A stretch of 61,650 bases of DNA, taken from positions 1 to 61,650 of the forward strand of contig JAQUQM010000001.1 in the NCBI GenBank assembly GCA_028716085.1, written 5' to 3'. This document shows positions 37,697-48,296 of this stretch, piece by piece; position 1 is the stretch's first letter; every line of letters begins with the position of its first letter. Both the position numbers and the translations under genes were made by a program. The notes beneath the pieces were generated by a model that had not been told where the DNA came from, did not search any database, and saw nothing but the letters and a program-made list of their open reading frames with translations. Source of the stretch: Dehalococcoidia bacterium. GTDB lineage: Bacteria; Chloroflexota; Dehalococcoidia; GIF9; UBA5629.

Positions 37697-38917
37697 TTAA
37701 GAGAGTCTAAACTGCTCGGCAGCTTTTTTAAAGCCGTAAAGAGAGCCCTCGAGGGTTTTGTGGTTAACACAATACGAGATCCTGAAATAACCCGGTTTAC
37801 CAAAGCCTCTGCCAGGCACAGTCAGGACGTTTGACTGCTGAAGCGCATGGACAAATTCAATGTCATTTTCTGTCGGTGTTTTGGGAAACATGTAGAAAGC
37901 ACCCTGCGGCTTAATCACTTTATACCCCATTGCAGTCAGGCTATTATACATGAAATCCCGCTTTTCCTGATACTCGGGAATGGATACGGTAATATGCTGC
38001 AAATGGCATATGATGTTTTGCATCAATGCTGGTGCGTTGACAAATCCGAGTATCCTGTTACAAAATATCAGCCCGCTGATTAAATCACTTTTATCTTTGA
38101 TTTGCGGGTGAACCACGATATATCCGATTCGCTCACCAGGCAATGCCAGGTCCTTGGAATGAGAGGTAGCAATGAAGCACCGCTGATGATACCTCAAAAT
38201 AGGTACGTAACTGAGATTATCATATATCAGGCTGCTGTACGCCTCGTCACTAATTAGATAAATTGGTATATCAAATTCACGTTCCTTTTTTTCGAGAACG
38301 GCGCACAGTTGCTTAATAAAATCACCGCCATACACAACGCCTGTAGGATTGTTGGGAGAATTGATGATGACGGCTTTTGTTTTATTATTAATAGCTTTAT
38401 CTAATAAGTTCAAATCGGGAAGAAAAGCATTGTCAGTGGCCACTACTACGGTTTTGCCACCGTGGTTGTCAATGTAATTGTCATATTCCATGAAGTACGG
38501 GGCAAAAACGATAACTTCTTCGCCGGCATTGAGAATAGTCTTGAGGATCACGTTGATGGCTCCGGCAGCCCCGACAGTCATAATGATATCGGATGGAGAA
38601 ATTTCCAAATTGTTTTCAAGGGCAACCTGCCTGGCTACCGCTTCTCTCGTTTCCTCATAACCTGCATTTTCCATGTATCTGTGCATGCCTGCCCGGGGAT
38701 TTTCAATTAGTCTCCTTAACGCATGCCTGAATTCCGCAGGTGGTTCCACTATCGGGTTCCCCAGTGAGAGATCGAAAACATTATGCTCACCATGCTTCTT
38801 CTTGAGGATATTGCCTTCTTCGAACATGCGCCTGATCCACGACCCCTCAGCCATCCGCTTTTTAACATTGTCAGATATTGACACTTTCAGCAACCTCCCT
38901 GCCGGCATTGAAAGCAC
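37697..38917 (-). CDS. Class I/II pyridoxal-phosphate-dependent aminotransferase
   Basis: GNP, NSPNNPTG, and SHSKDLALPGERIGY (PLP-lysine motif). Start uncertain, because it overlaps the iorB end. Confidence 0.85.
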   Translation of the reverse strand: MLSMPAGRLLKVSISDNVKKRMAEGSWIRRMFEEGNILKKKHGEHNVFDLSLGNPIVEPPAEFRHALRRLIENPRAGMHRYMENAGYEETREAVARQVALENNLEISPSDIIMTVGAAGAINVILKTILNAGEEVIVFAPYFMEYDNYIDNHGGKTVVVATDNAFLPDLNLLDKAINNKTKAVIINSPNNPTGVVYGGDFIKQLCAVLEKKEREFDIPIYLISDEAYSSLIYDNLSYVPILRYHQRCFIATSHSKDLALPGERIGYIVVHPQIKDKSDLISGLIFCNRILGFVNAPALMQNIICHLQHITVSIPEYQEKRDFMYNSLTAMGYKVIKPQGAFYMFPKTPTENDIEFVHALQQSNVLTVPGRGFGKPGYFRISYCVNHKTLEGSLYGFKKAAEQFRLS

Positions 38918-39476
38918 GCATATTCAAGTCCGCGATCTTTTTGGGTATAAATGCAGCAATACTTTTTTCCCACAATTGATTATCAATACGGAAAGGCAGA
39001 GCAGCAGATAACAATCCTAACATGAATATGTTGAGGGTCCTGATATCGCCAATACTGTCTGCGTGCCTTGACCCTGGAATTAGGTGAATCCTATCTGTTC
39101 TTTGCTTATATACATTGAGGATTTCTTCATCACCCGGGTATTGATGAGTCCCCAGAGAGATTGATAGGGGGGGTATAGCCAGATCATTAATAATAACCAT
39201 GCCTTCCGGTTTGATGAAATGAGCCCAGCGGGCCGCTTCAAGCTTTTCAAATGCAATAATTATATCTGCCTCAGCAAGGCTTATTAAAGGCGCCCAGACT
39301 TTCTCTCCGATTCGCAAATGGCTGGTAACACTCCCACCGCGCTGCGCCATACCCAGAGTATCTGTTTTTTTTACGTCGAGTCCCATTTGCAGCGCCACCT
39401 CACCCAGTATATCACTGGCGAGAATTATTCCCTGTCCGCCTACTCCCACTAACAATATATCCTGTTTTTCCACCAT
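38871..39476 (-). CDS. iorB: Indolepyruvate:ferredoxin oxidoreductase beta subunit
   Basis: ILLVGVGGQGIILAS...GMAQRGGSV pattern. Directly downstream of iorA. Confidence 0.85.
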   Translation of the reverse strand: MVEKQDILLVGVGGQGIILASDILGEVALQMGLDVKKTDTLGMAQRGGSVTSHLRIGEKVWAPLISLAEADIIIAFEKLEAARWAHFIKPEGMVIINDLAIPPLSISLGTHQYPGDEEILNVYKQRTDRIHLIPGSRHADSIGDIRTLNIFMLGLLSAALPFRIDNQLWEKSIAAFIPKKIADLNMRAFNAGREVAESVNI

Positions 39477-39485
39477 AATATCCTA

Positions 39486-41306
39486 TTATTTGCTATCTCT
39501 GAAAATACCAATTGCCTGCTTCGGGCACAGCTGCTCACAAATACCGCACTGATCACCCATACAGGTTAAAGCGTTAATTATTATTTTCCCTTCTTCTTTG
39601 TAAATTGCAGGGCAGCCTATCCTCAGACAAACTTCGCAATCGTTGCATTTCTGGATATCAACCCGTCGGCTGTTTTGACGTGCTTTATTCCTCACAGCGC
39701 ACTTGCCCCTGACGATGACAATGGAGACTTCTTCACTATCCAATGCAGATTTCAAAGCTGCACGGATAGATTTAATATCGAATGCATTCACTACCTTGAC
39801 GTCGTTTACTCCTGCACCACGCACGAGTTGTTCGATATCTACAGCCTTGGTGACAACCCCTTGAGCGGAAATACCTGAACCGGGGTGATCCTGATGTCCG
39901 GTCATTGCTGTCGTGCCATTATCAAGAATAACAATTGCGATTTTTGCTGCATTATATATTGCGTCAATTACACCTGTGATACCGGAGTGCATGAATGTTG
40001 AATCGCCAATAACTGCCACGACTTTACTGCTGACTCCAGCTTTTTCCAGACCTATTGCCTGTCCAATGCTGGCTCCCATGCAGGCGGTAGTATCCATGGC
40101 TCGTAAAGGCGGATAAGTGGCCAGGGTATAACATCCGATATCACCGGTAATAATAAGCTTTGATTCTCCCTGAGATTTGCCGCTCGCATCAAGTATTTTA
40201 GCGCGTTGACCCATGGTACTCAGTACGAAGAAGGCGCCGGAGTGCGGGCATCCCGGGCATAACAATGGCGGCCTCCCCGGTAAATTGTGTATAGCTCCAA
40301 TATCTGAGGGCTGATTAGGCACTGTTATCAAGCCAGCTTTTTCAGCTGCATGTCGTACGATTGTTTTATTCAGTTCACCAACACGTGAAATGAACTTTTT
40401 CCCTTCAACTTGAATACCCAGTTCTTTAATAGCTTCTTCAAGGAACGGGTCCAGCTCTTCAACAATGAACACCTTATCGACCCGTGCAGCGAAAGAGTGC
40501 AGCATCTTAGGAGGCAAAGGATAATCCATTCCCAGTTTGAGGAAATGAGCTTCAGGGAAGACCTCTCTGGCGTATTGGTAGCTGACACCACTGGAAATAA
40601 CACCCAGCTTGCTCCGCCCATCGATTATCTGGTTCAACGGTGTTGTTTCAGCATATTCAATAAGCTCAGCCATGCGCCTGTGCATATGGGGGACCCTGTT
40701 ACGCGCATGAGTCGGCAGCATCACATATTTTTCAACATTATGATAGAAGGATTTCTTATGGTGCGGCCTGATCAGTGCGTCATCCAGTTCAACAACGGAT
40801 TTGGAGTGAGCAACTCTGGTAGTAACACGGAAGAGTACCGGCGTATCGTATTGCTCACTTAAGGTAAAAGCGATTCCTATGAATTCATATGCTTCTTGAC
40901 TGTCGGCCGGCTCGACAATGGGGACCCTTGCCAGTTTGGCATAATAGCGATTGTCCTGTTCACCCTGCGAGCTATGTATCCCCGGATCATCCGCCGAAAC
41001 AACAACCAAACCGCCATGTATACCTGTTGTTGCTGCAGCCAAAAACGGGTCGGAGGCTACATTTAATCCCACGTGTTTCATCGAGACCAGCGTGCGTACA
41101 CCTGCATAAGAGGCACCAAGCCCTACTTCCATGGCGACTTTTTCATTGGTGGACCATTCGGCATAGATATCCTTGAACTGCGACAGATTTTCCAGGATTT
41201 CCGTACTTGGGGTGCCAGGGTAGGCCGTGGCTACAGCGATACCTGAATGGTAAGCCCCCAGAGCAATAGCCTCGTTTCCCGACAATAACTTCTTTATATT
41301 ACCCAT
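39486..41306 (-). CDS. iorA: Indolepyruvate:ferredoxin oxidoreductase alpha subunit
   Basis: LSGNEAIALGA...YPGTPSTEI, the TPP motif GDSTFMHSG, and C-terminal 2x[4Fe-4S] (CNDCEVC...CPA, CGICEQLCP). Confidence 0.9.
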   Translation of the reverse strand: MGNIKKLLSGNEAIALGAYHSGIAVATAYPGTPSTEILENLSQFKDIYAEWSTNEKVAMEVGLGASYAGVRTLVSMKHVGLNVASDPFLAAATTGIHGGLVVVSADDPGIHSSQGEQDNRYYAKLARVPIVEPADSQEAYEFIGIAFTLSEQYDTPVLFRVTTRVAHSKSVVELDDALIRPHHKKSFYHNVEKYVMLPTHARNRVPHMHRRMAELIEYAETTPLNQIIDGRSKLGVISSGVSYQYAREVFPEAHFLKLGMDYPLPPKMLHSFAARVDKVFIVEELDPFLEEAIKELGIQVEGKKFISRVGELNKTIVRHAAEKAGLITVPNQPSDIGAIHNLPGRPPLLCPGCPHSGAFFVLSTMGQRAKILDASGKSQGESKLIITGDIGCYTLATYPPLRAMDTTACMGASIGQAIGLEKAGVSSKVVAVIGDSTFMHSGITGVIDAIYNAAKIAIVILDNGTTAMTGHQDHPGSGISAQGVVTKAVDIEQLVRGAGVNDVKVVNAFDIKSIRAALKSALDSEEVSIVIVRGKCAVRNKARQNSRRVDIQKCNDCEVCLRIGCPAIYKEEGKIIINALTCMGDQCGICEQLCPKQAIGIFRDSK

Positions 41307-41401
41307 AGGAAAGAAACTGCCTCTCGCTTATCAAACACGAAGAACTATTATAATAACGAATCACCCTTAAATTCAAATGGAAACACCCGCGATTGGATTT
41401 T

Positions 41402-41707
41402 TTAAAAAACCTGGGGTTTCTTCTTAAGTTGTTCTATCAACTTTTCAAGCGGAATAGCTGCCAGGGTCAGGCTTTGTAAACCGCCTGCCGACAGATGGAT
41501 TGCCAGTTCAGCGGCTTTTTCATTGCTGGGAGCTTCGACAATATTAACAAAATCGTACTGGCCGAGTAGGGCATACTGCGCCAGTATTTTTACTCCCATG
41601 TATTCCACTTCCTTATTTAGTTCTTTAAGCTTCTCAGGGTATTCTTCCAGGGATTTCCTCCCTTCACCTGTTAATGTTGAAAGCACCAGATAAATTGCCA
41701 TAGCCAC
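41402..41707 (-). CDS. GYD-domain protein
   Basis: 101 aa with the LLGQYDFVNIVEAP (GxYD) core typical of the GYD family. Confidence 0.7.
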   Translation of the reverse strand: MAMAIYLVLSTLTGEGRKSLEEYPEKLKELNKEVEYMGVKILAQYALLGQYDFVNIVEAPSNEKAAELAIHLSAGGLQSLTLAAIPLEKLIEQLKKKPQVF

Positions 41708-41826
41708 CTCCTAATATATTGCCCGGTTATTTCTACAGATATTATCTATGTCTTGTAGCGAGAAAACAAGGGATCAAGCGCGCAGTCCAGGGTATCAGCA
41801 GACAGAAAGCACGAATTCCACCGGCC

Positions 41827-41854
41827 TTGACACTATCGTATTTCCATATATTAA
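41827..41854 (+). promoter_or_regulatory. Candidate sigma70-like promoter (TTGACA, then a TATATT/TATTAA region)
   Basis: cTTGACActatcgtatttccaTATATTAAtat, about 85 nt upstream of the acyl-CoA synthetase ATG. Confidence 0.3.
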
Positions 41855-41934
41855 TATATTATATTGTTTGAAGCCTGTACAGATTTAATGATATTGATCA
41901 CGGGTCATTTTTAAGTAATTATGAAGGTATCTGA

Positions 41935-43485
41935 ATGATCACTATACCCGAAATGCTGGCCAGGAATGCCAGATTATATCCGTCTGATCCTGCGCTTATC
42001 GAACTCAGACCTGGTAAGAACTACAGGAGAGAGGTAACCTGGAAAGAGTTTGATGATGAAGCCAACAGGGTGGCCAATGCTTTGTTGGACTTGGGCATTA
42101 AAAGAAACGATAAAGTCATTCACTGGATGATGAATTCTATTGATTGGCTGGTCGTATATTTCGGTATACTCCGCACCGGTGCGTGGATTGTTCCGTTGAA
42201 TTTTAGATTCACCAGCGACGATCTCAAGTATTGTGCCGATGTTTCGGAAGCTACGCTGATTATACTCGGAGAGGAATTTATCGAACGAGTTGATGCAGCT
42301 AAGAGTAAAATACCGAATGTAGAAAAATATATTGTCAATATCAGCAACGCTCCAGGTTATATGAGCAATTTACGTGATTTGATTAACCGGCGCTCCTGTG
42401 TGCAGCCGGGTGTTAATTTCAATGGTGGGGACAGTTGCAGCCTCTATTTCACGTCGGGCACCACAGGTGTGCCCAAACCGATATTACTGACTCATGACAA
42501 CTTGAAATGTGCTGCGATTACTGAATACGCTCACCATCATCAAACAAAACAGGACAACTTTATTCTGATTCCACCGCTGTATCATACGGGCTCTAAAATG
42601 CACTGGTTCGGCAGTCTTATTGTTGGAGGCCGGGCTACACTGCTAAATGAAGTTAATCCTGAGAATGTTATTAAGGCTGTACACAGTGAACGTGGCACTA
42701 TTGTGTGGTTACTCGTTCCCTGGGCTCATGATGTCCTGATGGCTATAGAAAACGGAGAAATACAGTTGAGTGATTATGATCTGAGTTGCTGGAGGCTGAT
42801 GCATATTGGTGCACAACCGGTCCCACCCGCCCTGGTAAAGCGCTGGAAAAAATATTTCCCCTCTATGCAATATGATACGAATTATGGGCTCAGCGAATCC
42901 ACAGGTCCCGGTTGTGTCCACCTGGGTATAGAAAATGAGCGGAAAGTCGGGGCTATCGGAGTTCCCGGTTTCAACTGGGAAATTAAAATAGTCGATGATA
43001 AGGGAAACAACCTTCCTTGCGGCCAGATAGGTGAATTACTCGTTAAGGGCGATGGCGTAATGAAAGAATATTACAAGAATCCCGAAAAGACCGCAGAGAC
43101 AATAAGAAAGGGCTGGTTGTATACAGGTGATATGGCCACCATGGATGAGGAAGGGTTCATTTATCTTGTAGATAGGAAAAAGGACGTTATTATCACAGGC
43201 GGTGAAAATATTTACCCGGTTGAAGTGGAGGATGCTTTACATAATTACGATAAAATATACGACGTTGCTGTTATCGGTATTCCTGATGAACGGCTGGGTG
43301 AAATAGCATTGGCCGTTGTTGATCCCAAACCGGGTATTCAAATCACTGAAGAAGAGATACTTGAATTTTGTAAGCAGAATCTTGCTCGTCATAAAGTACC
43401 CAGAAAAGTTATTTTTGATAAGATTCCACGAAACCCGACAGGCAAAATCGAAAAACCAAAGCTCAGGGCTAAATACAAACAATAA
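41935..43485 (+). CDS. AMP-dependent acyl-CoA synthetase (medium/long-chain type, 516 aa)
   Basis: FTSGTTGVPKPI, YGLSEST, GWLYTGD and PRNPTGKI motifs. Confidence 0.85.
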   Translation: MITIPEMLARNARLYPSDPALIELRPGKNYRREVTWKEFDDEANRVANALLDLGIKRNDKVIHWMMNSIDWLVVYFGILRTGAWIVPLNFRFTSDDLKYCADVSEATLIILGEEFIERVDAAKSKIPNVEKYIVNISNAPGYMSNLRDLINRRSCVQPGVNFNGGDSCSLYFTSGTTGVPKPILLTHDNLKCAAITEYAHHHQTKQDNFILIPPLYHTGSKMHWFGSLIVGGRATLLNEVNPENVIKAVHSERGTIVWLLVPWAHDVLMAIENGEIQLSDYDLSCWRLMHIGAQPVPPALVKRWKKYFPSMQYDTNYGLSESTGPGCVHLGIENERKVGAIGVPGFNWEIKIVDDKGNNLPCGQIGELLVKGDGVMKEYYKNPEKTAETIRKGWLYTGDMATMDEEGFIYLVDRKKDVIITGGENIYPVEVEDALHNYDKIYDVAVIGIPDERLGEIALAVVDPKPGIQITEEEILEFCKQNLARHKVPRKVIFDKIPRNPTGKIEKPKLRAKYKQ

Positions 43486-43558
43486 TAAACCTGTCGGCTT
43501 TCCAAATAAGTCATATCATTGATTATTAAGGTCACTGTTTTGCTTTCGCGGCCTGGTT

Positions 43559-43588
43559 TTGTATACCTCGAACGTATTAAGATATAAT
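43559..43588 (+). promoter_or_regulatory. Candidate promoter for aspS (TTGTAT-18-TATAAT)
   Basis: Read directly from the sequence. The -10 TATAAT at 43583-43588 is 23 nt upstream of the TTG start with SD GAGGAGGGG. Confidence 0.3.
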
Positions 43589-43611
43589 TTGTACTTCGAG
43601 GAGGGGAACTG

Positions 43612-45420
43612 TTGCTAAAAAGCCATAATTGCGGAGAACTGCGTATAAAACATATCGGGCAGCATGTTACGTTAGCCGGATGGGTGCATCGTCGGCGGGA
43701 CCTTGGTGGATTGATATTCATTGATCTGAGAGATCGCGACGGGATTACACAGGTTGTTTTTAATCCAGGACTATCCAAAGATACGCATATGACTGCCACT
43801 AGTCTAAGAAGTGAATATGTTATACAAGTATCAGGCCAGGTCTGCAGGAGGCCTTCCCAGACCGAAAACGCCAAGTTGCCCACAGGTGAAATCGAAGTAA
43901 TTGCAGAAGGCATTACTATATATAATGCTTCAAAGACGCCACCTTTTTATATTAATGAAGAAGTCGAAGTTGATGAATCGCTGTTATTGAAATACCGGTA
44001 TCTTCACCTCAGGCGTCAAGGCATGCGTGATAACATGCTCCTCAGGCACAGGGTGATTAAATATATGCGTGATTTCCTTGATCAGAAAGGATTTATAGAG
44101 ATCGAAACCCCGATATTAATTAAAAGCACACCCGAGGGGGCCCGTGATTATGTGGTGCCTAGCCGTGTGCATGAAGGTAAGTTTTATGCATTACCCCAGT
44201 CACCGCAGCAATTGAAGCAACTTCTTATGGTGTCCGGATTTGAAAAATACTACCAGATTGCCAGATGTTTCCGCGATGAAGACTTGCGTGCCGATCGACA
44301 GCCGGAATTCACTCAACTTGATCTGGAGATGAGCTTTGTTGAAGAGGAAGACATCCTGAGATTACTTGAAGAGATGTTTACTTCGCTGATTGAGTATATT
44401 AAGCCTGATGTCCGAGTTATTAAACCGTTTCCCCGCATGTCTTATGTAGATGTTATCAGCAGATACGGCACCGATAAACCTGATATCCGTTTCGGCCTGG
44501 AGTTAAAAGACATCTCCACCGCTGTGGCAGACAGTCAATTCATTGTTTTTAAAACTGCAGTTCATGCCGATGGAGTAATAAAGGGTATCTGCCTGCCCGG
44601 ATGTGCGGATTATACCCATAAGCAAATCGATGAACTAACTGAAATCGCCAAAGGGCTGGGCGCAAAGGGGCTTATTACAATGGCATGGCCATCTGGTGAT
44701 GCAGAAAAGGAACTGACTTCCCAGCTTAAATCCGTGGTAACAAAATACCTGAGTAATGAGAATATCAAACAGATTGTCCAAATATTTGAAGCTAAACCAG
44801 GTGACTTGATTCTGATAGTTGCAGGGAGTACGGATATAGTAAACAAGGTACTTGACGAGCTTCGACGTGAAATGGCAAAGCGGCTCAACCTTTGCGATCC
44901 TAGTTTAATGGCATTTGTATTTATCACGGATTTCCCTTTATTCGATTGGAGTGAGGAGAGAAATATGTGGGAGTGCATGCATCACCCGTTTACCGCTCCA
45001 CATGAAGAAGATATCAATTTACTTGACTCTGCTCCGGGTAAGGTGCGTGCAAGACATTATGATATTGTCTGCAACGGCTATGAATTATCCAGTGGGAGTA
45101 TCAGGATACATACCAGGCAGTTACAGGAAAAAATATTCGGCATACTGGGATATGAAAAACAGGAAATCGAGGATAAATTCGGTGGTTTTCTGGAGGCGCT
45201 TGACTATGGAGCACCTCCGCACGGTGGCATAGCCCCAGGTATTGATCGTTTTATCATGCTGCTTACCAATGGTAAGTCAATAAGAGACGTGATTGCATTT
45301 CCCAAGAACCAGGCGGCTATGGATGTTATGACCGACGCCCCTTCTTCTATTTCAGATCAGCAGTTAAAAGAGTTGCATTTAAAAATAATGGATGCCGGTA
45401 ACAAAGGGCGGTCTTTTTGA
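43612..45420 (+). CDS. aspS: Aspartate--tRNA ligase
   Basis: TTG start after GAGGAGGGG. RRDLGGLIFIDLRD, FRDEDLRADRQPEF and GGIAPGIDR class II motifs. Confidence 0.95.
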   Translation: MLKSHNCGELRIKHIGQHVTLAGWVHRRRDLGGLIFIDLRDRDGITQVVFNPGLSKDTHMTATSLRSEYVIQVSGQVCRRPSQTENAKLPTGEIEVIAEGITIYNASKTPPFYINEEVEVDESLLLKYRYLHLRRQGMRDNMLLRHRVIKYMRDFLDQKGFIEIETPILIKSTPEGARDYVVPSRVHEGKFYALPQSPQQLKQLLMVSGFEKYYQIARCFRDEDLRADRQPEFTQLDLEMSFVEEEDILRLLEEMFTSLIEYIKPDVRVIKPFPRMSYVDVISRYGTDKPDIRFGLELKDISTAVADSQFIVFKTAVHADGVIKGICLPGCADYTHKQIDELTEIAKGLGAKGLITMAWPSGDAEKELTSQLKSVVTKYLSNENIKQIVQIFEAKPGDLILIVAGSTDIVNKVLDELRREMAKRLNLCDPSLMAFVFITDFPLFDWSEERNMWECMHHPFTAPHEEDINLLDSAPGKVRARHYDIVCNGYELSSGSIRIHTRQLQEKIFGILGYEKQEIEDKFGGFLEALDYGAPPHGGIAPGIDRFIMLLTNGKSIRDVIAFPKNQAAMDVMTDAPSSISDQQLKELHLKIMDAGNKGRSF

Positions 45421-45465
45421 AGACCAAATTCTGAATGATATAATAATTCAAGGTGGCTAATAGAT

Positions 45466-46746
45466 ATGAAAATCTCCTCTGAACAAATTGAAAACAGTCA
45501 GGTTGCGCTGAATGTTGAAATGGAAGGCATTGAAACCGATAAATATATGGAACAGGCTCTGGAACATCTTTCCAGGGAAGTTACTCTTCCGGGTTTTCGT
45601 AAAGGCAAGGCTCCGCGATCCCTTGTAGAACAGCATGTTGGAAAGCAGGCAATTTTCCAGGAAGCTCTGGAACATTTAATCCCGGAAGCCTATGAAGAAG
45701 CTCTAAAAATGGAATCTATCGCGGCAATTGCTGATCCCAAGATAGAATTGCTCAAGATAGACCCCGTTATATTTAAAGCAATTGTACCTGTGCAACCGGC
45801 AGTAACACTGGGAAATTATAAGGATTTAAGGCTGAAACCTGAGAAAAAGGACATCACAGATAAAGAGATCGATGAAGTAATTGAGCAACTCCGCCTGCAG
45901 ATGGGCTCCCTGGAACCGGTGGAGAGGAACATTCAATTTGATGATATTGTCTCCATCGATATTGAAGGCAAAAAAGATGAAGAGACGTTGATTGATAGAA
46001 AGGGCGTATTACACGAGGTCCGCAAGGAATCGAATTACCCGGTTCCGGGATTTTCCGAGCATCTGGTTGACCTGAAAAAAAGTGATGAAACTGAGTTCTC
46101 CATAACTTTCCCTGCGGACTACGAGATAAAAGACCTTGCAGAAAAAGAGGCTCATTTCAAGGTAAAAATCAATGAAATAAAGGTTAAAGTCTTACCGGAA
46201 GTTAACGATGAATTTGCTAAAAATGCGGGCGGAGAAAGCGTTCCCGATTTGAGAGAAAAGATCAAATCCGGATTACAAACGAGGGCTGACGACCAGGCAC
46301 ACCGAATATTCGAAAACAAGCTAATGAGTTCACTTATCGAACAGACAACAATAGAATTCCCTCCTGTACTCGTAGAAAAGGAGATTGATAACTTAATCAG
46401 CGAGGAAGCAAGGAATTTCTCGGATGGCGTGAAGGGACTGGAAAACTATCTTAAAAACATTAAGAAAACCTATGATGAACATCGCGAGGAATTAAAAACC
46501 ACCGCCACTGAAAGAGTAAAGGCATACTTGATAATCAACAAAATAGCTGAAGTGGAAAATATCAATGCAACTGACGAAGAGCTCAATCAGACTGTCGAAA
46601 AGATGGCCAAGGGTGATGAGAAGAAATTAGCTGAATTGAATAACTTATTAAGCTTGCCGCAAACCCAGGCGTCATTACGAGATATGATTGTTGTTAACAA
46701 AACAATGGAGTTTATTACAAATATTGTCACCAGCTCGGAAGAGTAA
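45466..46746 (+). CDS. tig: Trigger factor
   Basis: GFRKGKAP ribosome-binding motif and three-domain length. Confidence 0.93.
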   Translation: MKISSEQIENSQVALNVEMEGIETDKYMEQALEHLSREVTLPGFRKGKAPRSLVEQHVGKQAIFQEALEHLIPEAYEEALKMESIAAIADPKIELLKIDPVIFKAIVPVQPAVTLGNYKDLRLKPEKKDITDKEIDEVIEQLRLQMGSLEPVERNIQFDDIVSIDIEGKKDEETLIDRKGVLHEVRKESNYPVPGFSEHLVDLKKSDETEFSITFPADYEIKDLAEKEAHFKVKINEIKVKVLPEVNDEFAKNAGGESVPDLREKIKSGLQTRADDQAHRIFENKLMSSLIEQTTIEFPPVLVEKEIDNLISEEARNFSDGVKGLENYLKNIKKTYDEHREELKTTATERVKAYLIINKIAEVENINATDEELNQTVEKMAKGDEKKLAELNNLLSLPQTQASLRDMIVVNKTMEFITNIVTSSEE

Positions 46747-46772
46747 TATATATATCAGGGAGGCATAACAAT

Positions 46773-47384
46773 ATGGATAGATCACCGATGAATATAATAC
46801 CCATGGTTATCGAGAGCAGCGCCAGGGGTGAACGGGCCTTTGATATCTATTCACTTCTATTGAAAGAGAGAATCATTTTTCTTGGCACACAAGTCGATGA
46901 CCAAATAGCGAATCTTGTGGTAGCACAACTGCTGTATCTTGCCCGGGAGGATCCTGAGAAGGATATCAGCCTGTATATTCATTCTCCCGGCGGTGTCGTA
47001 ACTGCCGGTCTTGCTATCTACGACACAATGCAACTGATTCAGCCGGATGTATCGACCATATGTGTAGGTTCTGCCTATAGTATGGGGACGGTTCTGCTTT
47101 GCGCCGGCGCAAAGGGTAAAAGATATGCCTTGCCAAGCTCTACTATACATATGCACCAGGGCAGGGCGGGCACGCAGGGGCAGATCACAGACATTAAAAT
47201 AGCAGCGAAAGAGTTCGAAAGACTCGACGAGCTTGTCGCCAAAATTCTGGCACAGCATACAGGACAACCGTTGGACAAGATTCGCCAGGATACGGATAGA
47301 GATATCTATTTCAACGCCGAGCAGGCTGTACAATACGGCCTGATTGATGACATCCTGTCCGCTTCTATAAAGAAGGAAAAATAG
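46773..47384 (+). CDS. clpP: ATP-dependent Clp protease proteolytic subunit
   Basis: [20 protein letters not shown], with catalytic Ser (SAYSMG), His (HMHQ) and Asp (DTDRD). Confidence 0.95.
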   Translation: MDRSPMNIIPMVIESSARGERAFDIYSLLLKERIIFLGTQVDDQIANLVVAQLLYLAREDPEKDISLYIHSPGGVVTAGLAIYDTMQLIQPDVSTICVGSAYSMGTVLLCAGAKGKRYALPSSTIHMHQGRAGTQGQITDIKIAAKEFERLDELVAKILAQHTGQPLDKIRQDTDRDIYFNAEQAVQYGLIDDILSASIKKEK

Positions 47385-47406
47385 TAAACGCCGTTATTAC
47401 AAAATA

Positions 47407-47441
47407 GAGGGGAGACGGTACCGTCTCCCCTCTTTATTTTA
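47407..47441. terminator. Bidirectional rho-independent terminator between clpP and the convergent gene
   Basis: AGAGGGGAGACGG-ta-CCGTCTCCCCTCT (13 bp) flanked by caaaat on one side and ttatttt on the other. Confidence 0.8.
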
Positions 47442-47466
47442 ATGAGATACGGTGATTTCCGTCAGT

Positions 47467-48285
47467 TTATTTGGCCAGAATCTTATCAATTTCCTCCGTC
47501 AGGTCATAACCGTTGATAGGATGACCGTGATGATCAACCAGTCTTTTATCGCGGTCGATTTTAATTTTTAGATCAGCAAACGATTTGAGCGTATGTATTA
47601 TTAAGGGCGTCTCCCTTATGAATCCAGCATGCCTTATCTCTTTGAATAGCTCATTTCCTTCGCCCTGTAAGCTTTTTATCTCGCTGATTGGAGCGGTATT
47701 TACAGATTCCCATAGGTTATCAAACTGAGGGCCGGTAATTGGGTATTTACAAAAAGTTACTACAGGCCCCCTATCCAGATCCGGTGTAACCAAATGCATC
47801 ATGACACCCGATTCACGAGCTTTATCCTCTATTAGATGCCAGATTACTTCCTGCCACGTGCCTTTCGGTCCGTCGGGCAGGGCGGGATGAAGATTAATCA
47901 TATTGTACTTTTTACACATTTCATCGCCGACAATTAGCATATAACCTGCAAGCACGACAATATCCACCTTGAATCCTTTGATCAGCGACATCACTTTCCT
48001 GTCATATTCAAGCCGCCAAACTGGAAGCTTTTCGTCCTTTATGCCGACCTTTTGCTGGTATGCATCGGCAAATTTTTTCACCGAACAACATATAAGGGGC
48101 AAACTATAGCCCTTGACCAATTCGAAAAACAGGTCGGTTTTCTCGGATTCACCCGGTTCACGGCTGCAGAATACAAATGATATCCTGGCGTTCAGAATCC
48201 CGCTCTTGATACTAGACACGGTTGTCTGAAGCAGCTTCCTCGAGCTTTCTCCTCTGGCAGTGGAATACCATCCAATATTCAGCAA
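47467..48285 (-). CDS. Formyltransferase-family protein (PurN-like core with a C-terminal extension)
   Basis: VVLAGYMLIV...INLHPALP...VTPDLDRGPV resembles the GAR transformylase fold. TTG start. Confidence 0.6.
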   Translation of the reverse strand: MLNIGWYSTARGESSRKLLQTTVSSIKSGILNARISFVFCSREPGESEKTDLFFELVKGYSLPLICCSVKKFADAYQQKVGIKDEKLPVWRLEYDRKVMSLIKGFKVDIVVLAGYMLIVGDEMCKKYNMINLHPALPDGPKGTWQEVIWHLIEDKARESGVMMHLVTPDLDRGPVVTFCKYPITGPQFDNLWESVNTAPISEIKSLQGEGNELFKEIRHAGFIRETPLIIHTLKSFADLKIKIDRDKRLVDHHGHPINGYDLTEEIDKILAK

Positions 48286-48296
48286 ACGACTATCCC

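Noticed and set aside
43566-43605. Hairpin CCTCGAA...TTCGAGG that would sequester the aspS SD
   Set aside because: The 5' arm lies upstream of the best -10 box (TATAAT 43583-43588), so it is probably not part of the transcript.
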